Assembly: GCA_050246315.1 (NCBI GenBank)
Contig: JBFWWG010000010.1
Coordinates: 64,001-128,000 of the forward strand
Direction of reading: 5' to 3'
DNA length: 64,000 nucleotides
From: Nitrospiraceae bacterium
GTDB lineage: Bacteria > Nitrospirota > Nitrospiria > Nitrospirales > Nitrospiraceae
Shown here piece after piece: positions 21,520 to 31,533 of this stretch (position 1 is the first letter of the stretch; the number at the start of each line of letters is the position of its first letter). A model generated the notes under the pieces. It searched no databases. It was not told the origin of the DNA and saw only the letters and a program-made list of their open reading frames with translations. The position numbers and the translations under genes are program-made.

Positions 21520-23061
21520 TTACGGTTCTTGCGCAACGTAGGTTCGAACCTGATGCACCGGATGATAGGCCTGCTTGGATTGCGCGAGGCTCGGCAGACC
21601 AAAGGCGTCCATCGTATTGATGAATCGATAGCCCCAAGCGAGGGCCGAGCGGACGCCCTCCCGGAACACATATTCCGCCAATCCGGACATGGATCGGTCG
21701 GTGATTTCAGCCAGCATGCACCAGACTTCTCTGGTCAGGGCGCCGCCGAAGGTATAGGCCCGGATACGGCCATCGACCCGCACAACCTGCCCGGCCAGAC
21801 CGAGCGGTTCCGCATTGGCCAGTAACTCCAGATGAAACGAGCGACTGTCCTCGAGGCAATAGCGGGCCGCTTCATTTTGGTCTTGGCGCAACTTGCGGTC
21901 CTGCCACTCTTCATAAAGTGCCGCGCAGGCCGGCGCGTCAGCGGACTGGTAGCGAGTGATCGTGGCCCGATGCGTACGGCAGAAGTGGTTATAGGACGCG
22001 CGCTGCGACTTGTAGTCGTCGCCACGGAGCTCCGCTAGATCGTTGGCTCGATAGAGATACTCCGGCTCTTTCGGGACGACTCGATAGCCCCAAGCCTCCA
22101 GCTCAGCCTTCCAGGTCGCCGGAACCGATTCGATGCGCGCCGCCAAGGAGCGACCGTTGCGCCGATTCATCCAGGCGAAAAGGCTCGCGATCCGCGCTTC
22201 GGTCGGAACGGAGCCCGGTCCAAGCGGCGGCACCGGCATGAAGATCCCGTCGGGCGATTCGGCGAACAGACAGAGGTATCCGTCCAGGTCCGCCCAGGAA
22301 TAGGACAACACCTGGCGCCAGAGGTAATGGTTCGCAAACGACCAGGCGGAGGGCACGATCTCGGGCAACAGCGGGCTTGCCGCGGCCGCAGTTTCGAACC
22401 GAACACGATCGGCCAATTCCAAGGGCCTGGGCAACAGATCACTCCACGGACCGGTCACCCCGGTCGTCAATCGGACCGTCAAGGCCGGCAGCGATTGCAG
22501 CACGACCACGTCCTCTTGAAACCGCGTCACTAGGGACGGATGCCGCTCGACCAGTGTCAGCACCGAATCCTGTTCAAGGTAGCGGGCGGTCTCGGCTACG
22601 TACTCGCGGAACGCCGATTGGTTCGACAGACCCGTTTGATTGTCGAAGAGAAAGGGACACTTCATGTCCCAACCCAACAGAACTTCCCGATGAGTTCGGT
22701 CCCACATCACGGCCAGCGGATACAGCCGGCAATCCAGCGGCCGGACGTCATAGATCCGACAATGGTGCGTCTCGACATCGAACGCCGGACAGAGGTAGCC
22801 CTGACCGGCCGCATGGGGTTGCACCTCGATCTGGCACCCGGCGGGATCACGGAAGGATGAGGACGAGAGGCCCCGACTGAGAGCAACCTGAATCTCTTCG
22901 CCGGTGAAATAGGGCCTCAGGAAACTATCGGCGTCCGGGAAGCGGCAGCAGACCTCGCAGGCCAGACAGGTCTCGCTCGGCACATAGTGGCCGACCCGTT
23001 CAATCTGAATCAGCTCGCCGGCCCGTGGTTCCACGCTGGATGAGGCAACCATCAGAAGCAT
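21520..23061 (-). CDS. YkgJ-like cysteine-cluster domain fused to a DUF2156 (aminoacyl-tRNA-dependent transferase-like) domain
   Basis: CLACEVCC, CPAF...CRIYDVRPLDCRLYP; C-terminal EYLY, INTMDAFGLPSLAQSKQAYHP; start uncertain. Confidence 0.75.
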   Translation of the reverse strand: MLLMVASSSVEPRAGELIQIERVGHYVPSETCLACEVCCRFPDADSFLRPYFTGEEIQVALSRGLSSSSFRDPAGCQIEVQPHAAGQGYLCPAFDVETHHCRIYDVRPLDCRLYPLAVMWDRTHREVLLGWDMKCPFLFDNQTGLSNQSAFREYVAETARYLEQDSVLTLVERHPSLVTRFQEDVVVLQSLPALTVRLTTGVTGPWSDLLPRPLELADRVRFETAAAASPLLPEIVPSAWSFANHYLWRQVLSYSWADLDGYLCLFAESPDGIFMPVPPLGPGSVPTEARIASLFAWMNRRNGRSLAARIESVPATWKAELEAWGYRVVPKEPEYLYRANDLAELRGDDYKSQRASYNHFCRTHRATITRYQSADAPACAALYEEWQDRKLRQDQNEAARYCLEDSRSFHLELLANAEPLGLAGQVVRVDGRIRAYTFGGALTREVWCMLAEITDRSMSGLAEYVFREGVRSALAWGYRFINTMDAFGLPSLAQSKQAYHPVHQVRTYVAQEP

Positions 23062-23937
23062 CCCTGAAGCGGAGGCCAATTGTAACACCGTTTCCAAGAA
23101 GCTCCTAATGTTTCGCGCAACCGCTTGAACTCCACTCTCAACGGGGGTTCCCTTGACCGCGGGGTTGACGGCCCAACTCCTGCTGTCAGCGACGGCCCCC
23201 TCAGAAGAATGGGCATGGACGGCCGCCAATCACCTAGGCATCAGTACGATCATGGCGGTCTATTCGATCCCCATCCGACCATCATCTCTGTGATCGCCCC
23301 GACCTCGTATCAGCTCATATTCCAGAACAGGTTCTTCCGGCTTTCGTGTGGGGAGCGAGGATAGCCCTTATCGCCTCGGCTGACGAAGGCCGGGCGTCTC
23401 CGGGCCTTGCCCTGATGCGATGGTGTCGCCGCCCTCTTCTCATGTCGTCCTGGTGGTCGCCGCGCCTCTGAGGCCGCGCCGGAGCGCGAAGCCGGCGCGA
23501 CGACACCCGAGCCCGGCACCTGACTGGCTTGCGCCCGCCCGGGCCGCGGCCCTCCGCGCGCCGCCCTTCCAGCCTCGCCTCACGCCTGTCCCGGGGAGCA
23601 GAGCGAGGGAGGCCCGCTCGCATTGCCGGAGGATCGGGGCCCCACCGAGGGCACGGCAGGAAGGAAAGCTGGACCTGGCCGATGCCCCACGGTCGCCAGA
23701 CCGTGGCGGAGCGAATTCCAGAAGGGTTCCGCCTGCGGAGCCCCGGAAGGGTCGATCCGGGAGGCGCGAGAGCGGGCATCCCCTCGCCCGCGCCGAGGGT
23801 GTGGGTTTTACAAGCAACCCACCCGATTTCCGGAAGAGCCCCAGAACAAGACCGCCTGAAACAAATTCGCTGACCGCTGCGCGCGCACCTGTGACGAATC
23901 GATCGCCAACTGCGCGGCTCCTTGCTCGTTCCGCCCA

Positions 23938-24042
23938 ATGCCCGAAGCCGTCGCCACCGCGCCGATCCATGCGATCTGCACCGGCGATTTATTGGCGGCG
24001 GACGCGGCCGTCTACGAGGCGAAATCGGCCGGGAAGAATTGA
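23938..24042 (+). pseudogene. Remnant of a GGDEF domain C-terminus
   Basis: Translates VATAPIHAICTGDLLAADAAVYEAKSAGKN*, matching the AD-A-Y-AK-G-N end of diguanylate cyclases. Confidence 0.6.
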
Positions 24043-24182
24043 GTCCGTGTCACAGAGAAGCGTCAGCTTGCCCACCAACATGAGAGGTAGCGGAACGATG
24101 GACCACGCGCCGGCGGCGGTCCTCCGCTTCGGAAACCTCGCGCCCAGCTACGTTGTGTTGCACCACTTCTCTGCCCGTCCCC

Positions 24183-24211
24183 TTGAGTGCCCATCGGTGC
24201 CATGCTACGAT
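24183..24211 (+). promoter_or_regulatory. Putative sigma70 promoter of the ATP-grasp operon
   Basis: TTGAGT-N17-TACGAT with extended -10 TG. Confidence 0.5.
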
Positions 24212-24232
24212 GACTTTCGAATCGGCTTCTCA

Positions 24233-25774
24233 GTGCGGCAGGTTGATTCGTATGATTCGCCGGGACCTCAGAACCCGAACCCAACGGGAGACTCCGCGGG
24301 AGACCTCGCATTGGCACTCGTGCACCATTGGCAGGAGCAGCCAGCCACAGACGCTGCCTCTCATCGCTGCTCCACAATTCGCCGCCAACTGATCCGCGCA
24401 GGTTTGTGGTCCGTCTCATCCTCGAACGGAGAGGCGACGGGTTTCACCTCGCACTGGAGAATTGCGACGACGCCGTTTTGGCTGACCCCGGACGACCTGG
24501 CGTTTTTCTCCGATCTCGGCGGACGCCTGCTGTCGTTCTATCGAGCCCTCAACCGTCTGTACCTCGAGAGCGTGAAGGGTTCGCAGCCTCCGTGGGCGGC
24601 ATCCTATCTGGATCAGGGCAAGCCTGAATCCCTGCTGACCTACAGCCGGATGAATCGGTTCCGACAAGCCCTGCCCGCCGTCATCAGGCCGGATGTGTTG
24701 CCGACCGACCACGGCATGGTCATTACGGAACTCGACTCGGTCCCCGGCGGCATCGGCGTGACCGCAGCGCTCACGCATTTCTATGAGGAGGCGAGGTCGT
24801 GCGAGTGGAATTGGATCGGCGGCGCATCCGGCATGATGGGGCGGTTCGGCGAGATGCTGCGGCATCAGATCGGATCGCGAACCGGGATCGTCGCCATCGT
24901 CGTCTCGGACGAAGCGAAAGAGTACCGCCCGGAAATGGAGTGGGCGGCCGATCGGCTGCGCGCGGGAGGATTGGACACAGCCTGTATCCATCCGCGCGAC
25001 CTTCGCTTTACCGAGGAGGGGTTTCGCGCGCAGGTCGGGACGGAGGAGCGCCCGGTGGCCGCCGTCTATCGCTTCTTTGAATTGTTCGATCTGAAAAACA
25101 TCCCCAAGGTCGAACTGCTCATGTACGGCGCGAAGAAGGACCTGGTGGAGGTGACGCCTCCGTTCAAACCGGCCTTGGAGGAAAAACTGGCCTTCGCGCT
25201 GTTGCACCACCCTCTGCTGACTCCATTCTGGGAGCGGGAACTGGGGGAAGACCTGTATGAATCGCTGAAATCGCTGATGCCCCAGACCTGGGTTCTGGAC
25301 CCCAGTCCGATCCCACCGACCGCCGTGATTCCCAACCTCACGCTCGGTGGAAGGCCGGTGTCCGATTGGCGATCGCTCGCCAAGGCAGGCCAAAAGGAAC
25401 GCCGGTATGTCCTGAAGCCTTCGGGATTTTCCGAACAGGCGTGGGGCAGCCGCGGTGTCTCAGTGGGGCATGATCTGCCGTCGGCCGAATGGGAAGCGGC
25501 GCTCGATCGCGCCCTGGCCTCGTTTCCACAGACTCCCCACGTCCTTCAGGTGTTTCACAAGAGTCGGTCCGGACACGTCACGTATCACGACCCCGACAGC
25601 GGTGAGATCCGATCCATGACGGGACGGGCTCGCCTGTGCCCCTACTACTTCGTGGTGGAGGGGCGCGCCGAGCTGGGCGGAATCCTCGCGACCGTCACCC
25701 CGGTGGAGAAAAAGGTCATTCACGGGATGCAGGATGCCGTCATGGTACCCTGCGCCGTCGCCCCCGTTACGTGA
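24233..25774 (+). CDS. ATP-grasp / glutathionylspermidine-synthase-like ligase
   Basis: IRPD...ITELDSVPGG, EEK, VLKPSGFSEQAWGSRGV, RLCPYY; start uncertain. Confidence 0.65.
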   Translation: MRQVDSYDSPGPQNPNPTGDSAGDLALALVHHWQEQPATDAASHRCSTIRRQLIRAGLWSVSSSNGEATGFTSHWRIATTPFWLTPDDLAFFSDLGGRLLSFYRALNRLYLESVKGSQPPWAASYLDQGKPESLLTYSRMNRFRQALPAVIRPDVLPTDHGMVITELDSVPGGIGVTAALTHFYEEARSCEWNWIGGASGMMGRFGEMLRHQIGSRTGIVAIVVSDEAKEYRPEMEWAADRLRAGGLDTACIHPRDLRFTEEGFRAQVGTEERPVAAVYRFFELFDLKNIPKVELLMYGAKKDLVEVTPPFKPALEEKLAFALLHHPLLTPFWERELGEDLYESLKSLMPQTWVLDPSPIPPTAVIPNLTLGGRPVSDWRSLAKAGQKERRYVLKPSGFSEQAWGSRGVSVGHDLPSAEWEAALDRALASFPQTPHVLQVFHKSRSGHVTYHDPDSGEIRSMTGRARLCPYYFVVEGRAELGGILATVTPVEKKVIHGMQDAVMVPCAVAPVT

Positions 25775-25787
25775 GAGAGGATATTCG

Positions 25788-26036
25788 ATGGCTCTGACGC
25801 TCTATCACGTCCACTGGTGTCCGGACTGTATCGAGGTTCGGGACAAACTCGACTCCCTGGGGCTGCCCTACGAGAGCGTCGTGGTGCCGGATTTCCGGCC
25901 GATGCGAAAGCAGGTGTTCGAGGTCTCCGGACAGTATTTCGTGCCCGTCCTTCAGGATGGGGAGACCGTGTTGACCGAGACGGATGAGATTGTGGCCCAC
26001 CTGGATCGGCTGCGCACGGCGACCGGGATCGAATAG
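25788..26036 (+). CDS. Glutaredoxin-like protein
   Basis: WCPDC, SGQYFVPVL. Confidence 0.88.
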   Translation: MALTLYHVHWCPDCIEVRDKLDSLGLPYESVVVPDFRPMRKQVFEVSGQYFVPVLQDGETVLTETDEIVAHLDRLRTATGIE

Positions 26037-26149
26037 GCCTGATGATGTTCAAGAAGACCGACGCAAAAACAAGGCCGGCGGGCCTTGTCGGTATCCTGCT
26101 TGCTGCCCCCTGCGCAAGCACGCGATGCATCTGAACCAAAGGAGCCGTC

Positions 26150-27346
26150 GTGGAAGAGTGGAGACGCATTCTCGCTGACAGCCTGGTCAAGCCGAAGCAG
26201 CTTGCCGAACGATTCGGTCTGGATGCCGAGGAGCTCGAAGCCGTGGTTGGCCCCTACCCGATGCGGATCACACCGACGGTCCTGGCCACGATGAAGGAGA
26301 AAGGGGACGCGATCTGGAAACAAGTCGTCCCCCAGGCGGACGAGCTGGCCGACGCGGACGCGGAGGACGATCCCCTCGAAGAAGATCTGATGAGTCCCGT
26401 GCCGCACTTGGTCCACCGGTATCCGGACCGTGTGCTCCTGATGGTGACCAATCAGTGCCCGATCTATTGCCGCTTCTGCACACGCAAGCGGCTCGTGGGC
26501 AAACCCGGATTTCTGAAAAAAGGCGAGCTGGACCGAGCCATCGCCTACCTGCGGGATCACACGGAAGTGCGGGACGTCATTCTCTCAGGCGGCGACCCGC
26601 TCCTGCTGCCGGACCATCTGCTGGAGCGTATCCTCAAGGCGCTACGAACGATTCCGCATTTGGAGCTGATCCGGATCGGCTCGCGCGTCCCTGGCACCTT
26701 ACCGGAACGGATCACGACGAAACTCTGCGAGATGCTCAAGAGGTATCATCCGTTTTACATGAACCTCCACTTTAACCACCCGGACGAGTTGACCCCCGAG
26801 GTCAAACACGCCTGCGGGATGTTGGCGGATGCCGGGATTCCCCTGGGCTCCCAAACGGTGTTGCTCAAAGGGGTGAATGACGATCCCGAGGTCATGAAAC
26901 GACTCATGCATCAATTGCTGCTCGCCCGAGTGAAACCCTATTACCTCTATCAGGCCGACCTGACCAAGGGGACCAATCATTTCAGGACCACGGTGGAAAC
27001 CGGTATGCAGATCATCAAGGCCCTGCAGGGACATACGAGCGGTATGGGGGTTCCGCACTTCGTCATCGACGCGCCGGGCGGCGGCGGCAAGATTCCCGTG
27101 CTCCCACCCGACTATCTCGTACACATGGACGAGGAGGCGGTCGTCTTGCAGAACTACGAGCAGAAGACCTTCCGTTACCCGCAACCCTCTGTCGGGGGGA
27201 AGCGAGAGCTTCCAATGGCCGGCGTCTATGCCGCCTCCTCGCCCGCACGAGACGGCTACGCCGTCTGCGGAGACAGCTTTGCCGGCAAGCTCGACGGTTT
27301 TGCCGCCTGGGGGAACAGTTGCGGGGGGGATTACGACGACCTGTGA
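26150..27346 (+). CDS. KamA family radical SAM protein (lysine 2,3-aminomutase-like)
   Basis: HRYPDRV, CPIYCRFC, SGGDPL, HFNHP, PGGGGKIP. Confidence 0.93.
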   Translation: MEEWRRILADSLVKPKQLAERFGLDAEELEAVVGPYPMRITPTVLATMKEKGDAIWKQVVPQADELADADAEDDPLEEDLMSPVPHLVHRYPDRVLLMVTNQCPIYCRFCTRKRLVGKPGFLKKGELDRAIAYLRDHTEVRDVILSGGDPLLLPDHLLERILKALRTIPHLELIRIGSRVPGTLPERITTKLCEMLKRYHPFYMNLHFNHPDELTPEVKHACGMLADAGIPLGSQTVLLKGVNDDPEVMKRLMHQLLLARVKPYYLYQADLTKGTNHFRTTVETGMQIIKALQGHTSGMGVPHFVIDAPGGGGKIPVLPPDYLVHMDEEAVVLQNYEQKTFRYPQPSVGGKRELPMAGVYAASSPARDGYAVCGDSFAGKLDGFAAWGNSCGGDYDDL

Positions 27347-28500
27347 CGACACGAGCACGCCAGTCCGGGATTTTTCCCTACCAGCAGCTCAGGCAGCTTA
27401 TGGCGAAGGGCGCCATCACCGCCGCCCAGCCGATCGAGGACCGGCAGATCCAGCCGGCGAGTTTGGACCTTCGCTTGGGCACCAAGGCCTACCGCCTGCT
27501 GGCCAGCTTTCTTCCCGAGCAAACGGAAATCACCAGCCGTTTGAACGTGCTGGACTTCTACCAATCCGACCTCGTGATGTACGAGATGGACCTCACGGAG
27601 GGCGCAATCCTGGAGAAGGGGCACGTGTATCTCGTTCCGCTGCTGGAGCGACTCAACCTGCCGTCCACCTTGCGGGCCAGGGCCAACCCGAAGAGCACGA
27701 CCGGCCGTCTCGATATTTTCACCCGAGTCGTCACCGACCTGAATACCGGATACGACGAGATCCGCGCCGGCTATCGCGGCCCACTGTACCTCGAAGTCGT
27801 GCCGCGCTCGTTCACGATCAAGGTCAAGACCGGCCAATCACTCAATCAAATCCGTTTCGTACAAGGGCAGGTCGCGATGTCCGACGCGAGGCTGTTGGCC
27901 CAGCACCGGAACGACCCGCTGGTCTACCACAACCTGGCGACTGCCAAACCGCTGGGCTCGCGCGAGCTGCGGCTGGACCGTGGATTGTTTCTGCGGATCG
28001 ACTTGAAAGGCGTGGAGCGGGACGAGCAGCCCATCATCGGCTATCGCGCCAAGAAAAACAGCCACGTGATCGACCTCTCCAAGGTCGGCCACTACCGCGC
28101 AATCGATTTTTGGGAGCCGATCAAGCGGCGGCGGGAAGGCAGCCTGTTGCTGGAACCGGAGGAATTTTACATCCTGGCCTCAAAAGAACGAGTCCGAGTC
28201 CCCCCCGGCTACGCGGCGGAGATGGTCGCTTATGAAGCTGCCTGCGGAGAACTCCGAACACATTACGCCGGGTTCTTCGACCCGGGATTCGGCTACGGCG
28301 GCAAGGGTGAGGTGCACGGCACCCAGGTGGTGCTCGAAGTCCGGCCCCACGACGTGCCCTTCCTGATCTACGATGGACAAACCTTTTTCAAGGTTGTATA
28401 TGACAGGATGCTCGATGCCCCCAGTCACGTCTACGGCATGGCCTTGGGCTCTTCCTATCAACGCCAATCCCTGACCCTGAGCAAACATTTCAAAGTTTAG
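27343..28500 (+). CDS. dcd: dCTP deaminase (long, two-domain type)
   Basis: IQPASLDLRL, NPKSTTGRLD, HYAGFFDPGFG, LSKHF. Confidence 0.88.
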   Translation: MTTRARQSGIFPYQQLRQLMAKGAITAAQPIEDRQIQPASLDLRLGTKAYRLLASFLPEQTEITSRLNVLDFYQSDLVMYEMDLTEGAILEKGHVYLVPLLERLNLPSTLRARANPKSTTGRLDIFTRVVTDLNTGYDEIRAGYRGPLYLEVVPRSFTIKVKTGQSLNQIRFVQGQVAMSDARLLAQHRNDPLVYHNLATAKPLGSRELRLDRGLFLRIDLKGVERDEQPIIGYRAKKNSHVIDLSKVGHYRAIDFWEPIKRRREGSLLLEPEEFYILASKERVRVPPGYAAEMVAYEAACGELRTHYAGFFDPGFGYGGKGEVHGTQVVLEVRPHDVPFLIYDGQTFFKVVYDRMLDAPSHVYGMALGSSYQRQSLTLSKHFKV

Positions 28501-28508
28501 TGAACCCG

Positions 28509-28898
28509 ATGAGCGACGATTCACCACCGGATGACGGGCAGCAGACTGCCAGCCCCAGAAAACCACGGCGCGTGCCCGAGCACCAACACGTGATCGGGCT
28601 GATGATCGGCACGGCCTTGATGTTTCTCGGCTTCCTGACCGTCCTGCTCTCCATCAGCGGTGGATTCGAAATCGATGTGAAACCCATCCTGCTCTATTTT
28701 GGCGGGCTGGCGATTTGGGCCAACGCCACCGTCGAGAACGTCACCGTGCGCTACCTGGTCATGGGCGGCTCCATCATCGCCGGCCTGGCCTTCTTCCACT
28801 TCGGCGAGGTGCTGTTCTGGCACAAACAGGTCATCTTCTGGGGGACCGTCATCCTCGTCTCGTATTTCATGTTCAAGACGAGCGCGCCGGGAGAATAG
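28509..28898 (+). CDS. Small membrane protein (about 4 TM)
   Basis: Hydrophobic ORF inside the operon. Confidence 0.75.
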   Translation: MSDDSPPDDGQQTASPRKPRRVPEHQHVIGLMIGTALMFLGFLTVLLSISGGFEIDVKPILLYFGGLAIWANATVENVTVRYLVMGGSIIAGLAFFHFGEVLFWHKQVIFWGTVILVSYFMFKTSAPGE

Positions 28899-28911
28899 CC
28901 CGCCTCACCCC

Positions 28912-29622
28912 ATGACCATCTCCGTGGTTATGCCCGTACTGAACGAATCGCGGGCATTGGCTGTCACCCTCCCCCACACCCTTTCGCTCGGCTTCGACCA
29001 ACTGATCATCGTAGACGGCGGCAGCGCCGACGGCACCGTGGAGCAGGCCCGAGCGGCTGCCGGGCAGCGCTCGCCCCACCAGGATGTGTCTTCTGTGGCG
29101 CTCATCACCGCGCCGGCCGGCCGTGCGACTCAGATGAACGCCGGTGCCACTGTGGCCCAGGGCGAGGTCCTACTGTTTCTGCACGCAGACACGCTCCTTC
29201 CTAGCGACGCCCGGCTACAGATCACGAAGACCCTCGACGATCCTGCCGTCGTCGCCGGGCGGTTCGACGTCCGGTTCGATCGCGATACGCCGCTCAGCCG
29301 CATCATCGCTCAGTTGATGAATGTACGTTCCCGCCAGACCGGCATGATAACGGGCGATCAGGCGCTCTTCGTCCGAACCAGTACCTTCCGGGCCCTCGGC
29401 GGATTTGCATCCATCCCGCTCATGGAGGATCTTCAACTCAGCCGCCGTTTGAAACAAGAAGGAGAGGTGACGGCCCTCCGCGCCCAGGTCGTGACCTCCT
29501 ATCGTCGCTGGGCCCATTGCGGTCCGATCAGGACTATTGTAAGGATGTGGAGCATACGCTTCCTGTACTGGCTCGGCGTGAGTCCGGAGCGGCTCGCCCG
29601 CTATTACCGGCCGATTCGTTAA
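28912..29622 (+). CDS. GT2 glycosyltransferase, TIGR04283-like
   Basis: VDGGSADGT, GRATQMNAGA, FLHADT, GDQALF, LMED. Confidence 0.9.
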   Translation: MTISVVMPVLNESRALAVTLPHTLSLGFDQLIIVDGGSADGTVEQARAAAGQRSPHQDVSSVALITAPAGRATQMNAGATVAQGEVLLFLHADTLLPSDARLQITKTLDDPAVVAGRFDVRFDRDTPLSRIIAQLMNVRSRQTGMITGDQALFVRTSTFRALGGFASIPLMEDLQLSRRLKQEGEVTALRAQVVTSYRRWAHCGPIRTIVRMWSIRFLYWLGVSPERLARYYRPIR

Positions 29623-29634
29623 CCCGCACATTCG

Positions 29635-30414
29635 ATGACACCATCTCCACCCGCATCAACGCCCAGGTCATCGCGCCCAGTCGCTCCATCGCGCCGCGCG
29701 GAGGCGGCGTTGGTCCTCTTCGCCAAAGCGCCCATCCCCGGGCAGGTCAAAACGAGGCTCTGTCCGCCCCTCACCCCGGACGAGGCAGCGAGCTTGCACG
29801 GCAGTTTTGTCCTCGACAGTCTGGAGCGGAGCAAGGCGGCTACCCTCCAACAGAAACTCGCCCTCGATCGCATCCTGGCCTGTGCGCCCGCCGCAGACCA
29901 TGTGTTTTTCAAAATTCTCGGCGAGCGGCACGGCGTTCGATTGATCGATCAGATCGGGGACGATCTCGGAGCCAAGATGCACCAAGCCGCGTCAACCCTG
30001 TTCGGCGAAGGATATCGCCGCCTGTTGATTGTCGGTACGGACCTCCCGTCACTGCCGCTTTCGATCTACCGCGATGCCTTGGCGCAACTGGACCGCCATC
30101 CGGTCGTGATCGGCCCGGCCCTGGACGGAGGGTACTATCTGCTGGGCCTCACGCGGGCAGTACCTGAAATGTTCGATCAGATCCCTTGGTCTACCGGCGA
30201 GGTGCTGACGGCCACGATCGCCCGTGCCGACGCAGCCGGTCTCTCGGTAGGGCAGCTTCAACCCTGGCGAGACGTCGATACGATCGAGGATCTTCGATCC
30301 ATCATCCAAGAAGCCAAGCAAGATGAGCGACAGCCCAAACCGCAACGTCGGTTTTCGGCACGGACGGCCGGCACGTTGCAGTTGATCGACCAACGGCTGC
30401 AGACCCGCATTTAA
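29635..30414 (+). CDS. DUF2064 / TIGR04282-like nucleotidyltransferase-fold protein
   Basis: FAKAPIPGQVKTRL, GTDLP, GPALDGGYYLLG, DVDTIEDL. Confidence 0.9.
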   Translation: MTPSPPASTPRSSRPVAPSRRAEAALVLFAKAPIPGQVKTRLCPPLTPDEAASLHGSFVLDSLERSKAATLQQKLALDRILACAPAADHVFFKILGERHGVRLIDQIGDDLGAKMHQAASTLFGEGYRRLLIVGTDLPSLPLSIYRDALAQLDRHPVVIGPALDGGYYLLGLTRAVPEMFDQIPWSTGEVLTATIARADAAGLSVGQLQPWRDVDTIEDLRSIIQEAKQDERQPKPQRRFSARTAGTLQLIDQRLQTRI

Positions 30415-30434
30415 CGAATCCGCGAGGAATGGTT

Positions 30435-31169
30435 ATGCCTGCTAAAGTCGCAGCGATTCCGGGAGGAGCCAAGGGCATCGGGAAAGACATCGCACTGGAG
30501 CTGGCCTCACAGGGCTGGCAGGTGGCCATCTGCTATCGCACGAACGAGGGAGCGGCACAGCGCACGTGCGAGGAGATCGTCAAGTGCGGCGGGCAAGCCT
30601 TCGCGCTCCAAGCCGATGTGGCCCAGGTCGAAGCGGCGCGGAAGTTCGTGCAAGAGGTGGAGCGCCGGTGGGGACACATCGATGCATTGATTCACTGCGC
30701 CGGGCCTTACCACCGGATTAAATTGTTCGACGAAACACCGGAGGGGTGGGAAGAGATGTTCGCCGGCAACCTCCACTCCCTATTCTACATGGCGCAGGCA
30801 GCGGCCCCCGGCATGATCCAGCGCAAGACCGGGCGGATCGTCACCTTCGGCATGGCCAACGCCGATCAGATGGTGTCGCAGCCGGACGTGACGGCCCACT
30901 ATATCGCCAAAGCCGGCGTGCTGGTCCTCACCCGCACTCTTGCCAAGCTGCTGGCGCCGCATGGCATCACCGTCAACGCCATCTCGCCGGGCTTCATCGA
31001 CTCCGGCAGCGCCCCGCCGGAGGAATTGGCCGGCATGACCAAGCGGATTCCCGCCGGCTACATCGGCCAAGTCGGCGACATCACGAGCGCCGTGCGCTAC
31101 CTCCTCTCAGATGAAGCCCGCTACGTGAACGGGGCGAATATTCAGATCAGTGGGGCATGGGGAATATAG
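30435..31169 (+). CDS. SDR family oxidoreductase
   Basis: GGAKGIG, VNAISPGFI, YVNGANI. Confidence 0.9.
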   Translation: MPAKVAAIPGGAKGIGKDIALELASQGWQVAICYRTNEGAAQRTCEEIVKCGGQAFALQADVAQVEAARKFVQEVERRWGHIDALIHCAGPYHRIKLFDETPEGWEEMFAGNLHSLFYMAQAAAPGMIQRKTGRIVTFGMANADQMVSQPDVTAHYIAKAGVLVLTRTLAKLLAPHGITVNAISPGFIDSGSAPPEELAGMTKRIPAGYIGQVGDITSAVRYLLSDEARYVNGANIQISGAWGI

Positions 31170-31397
31170 GAGGGAGAACGGTATCCCCTCGTGGTCCTGT
31201 GCTCCCGAAGCGCGCGCCCTCGGAAGGGCCTCGCTCGACGGCCGCAGTTGGACCACGAGGGAGGCCCGTTCTTTAAATTGATACCGTGGGGAAGCGGCCC
31301 ATGCGCGCAGTCGAGACAGCCCTACGCACCCTGCCTGAGAAGACCTTTGAAAGAAGCAGCTTGACCGGCAGGCCCGAACAGAAGACCGGTACCCCTT

Positions 31398-31533
31398 GCA
31401 GGCTGCGGAAAAACTCGATTTGTGCGCTTCGACAGGTCTCAGCATGATCGGAAAACACCGGTATATCCAACGACTGCTCCGTTCGTCCTGAGGCTCTCGA
31501 AGGATGAACGGAGGAGTTTTCCGCACCCTGCTA
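31398..31533. mobile_element. MITE-like element within a repeat cluster
   Basis: Ends GCAGGCTGCGGAAAA / TTTTCCGCACCCTGC(TAG); internal TTCGACAGG.CTCAG repeat. Confidence 0.6.

Noticed and set aside
23580..23890. RNase P RNA
   Set aside because: GAAGGAAAGCT resembles but does not match GAGGAAAGTCC, and the 3' ACAGAA...GGCTTA P4 partner is absent
23420..24232. 270-aa N-terminal extension of the 784-aa ORF
   Set aside because: Arg/Pro-rich read-through of GC-rich DNA; a promoter-like motif and a GGDEF remnant in another frame lie inside it
28912..30414. Arsenosugar biosynthesis cluster
   Set aside because: The family labels suggest it, but no ArsS-type radical SAM or ArsM is adjacent; the nearby radical SAM is KamA-type
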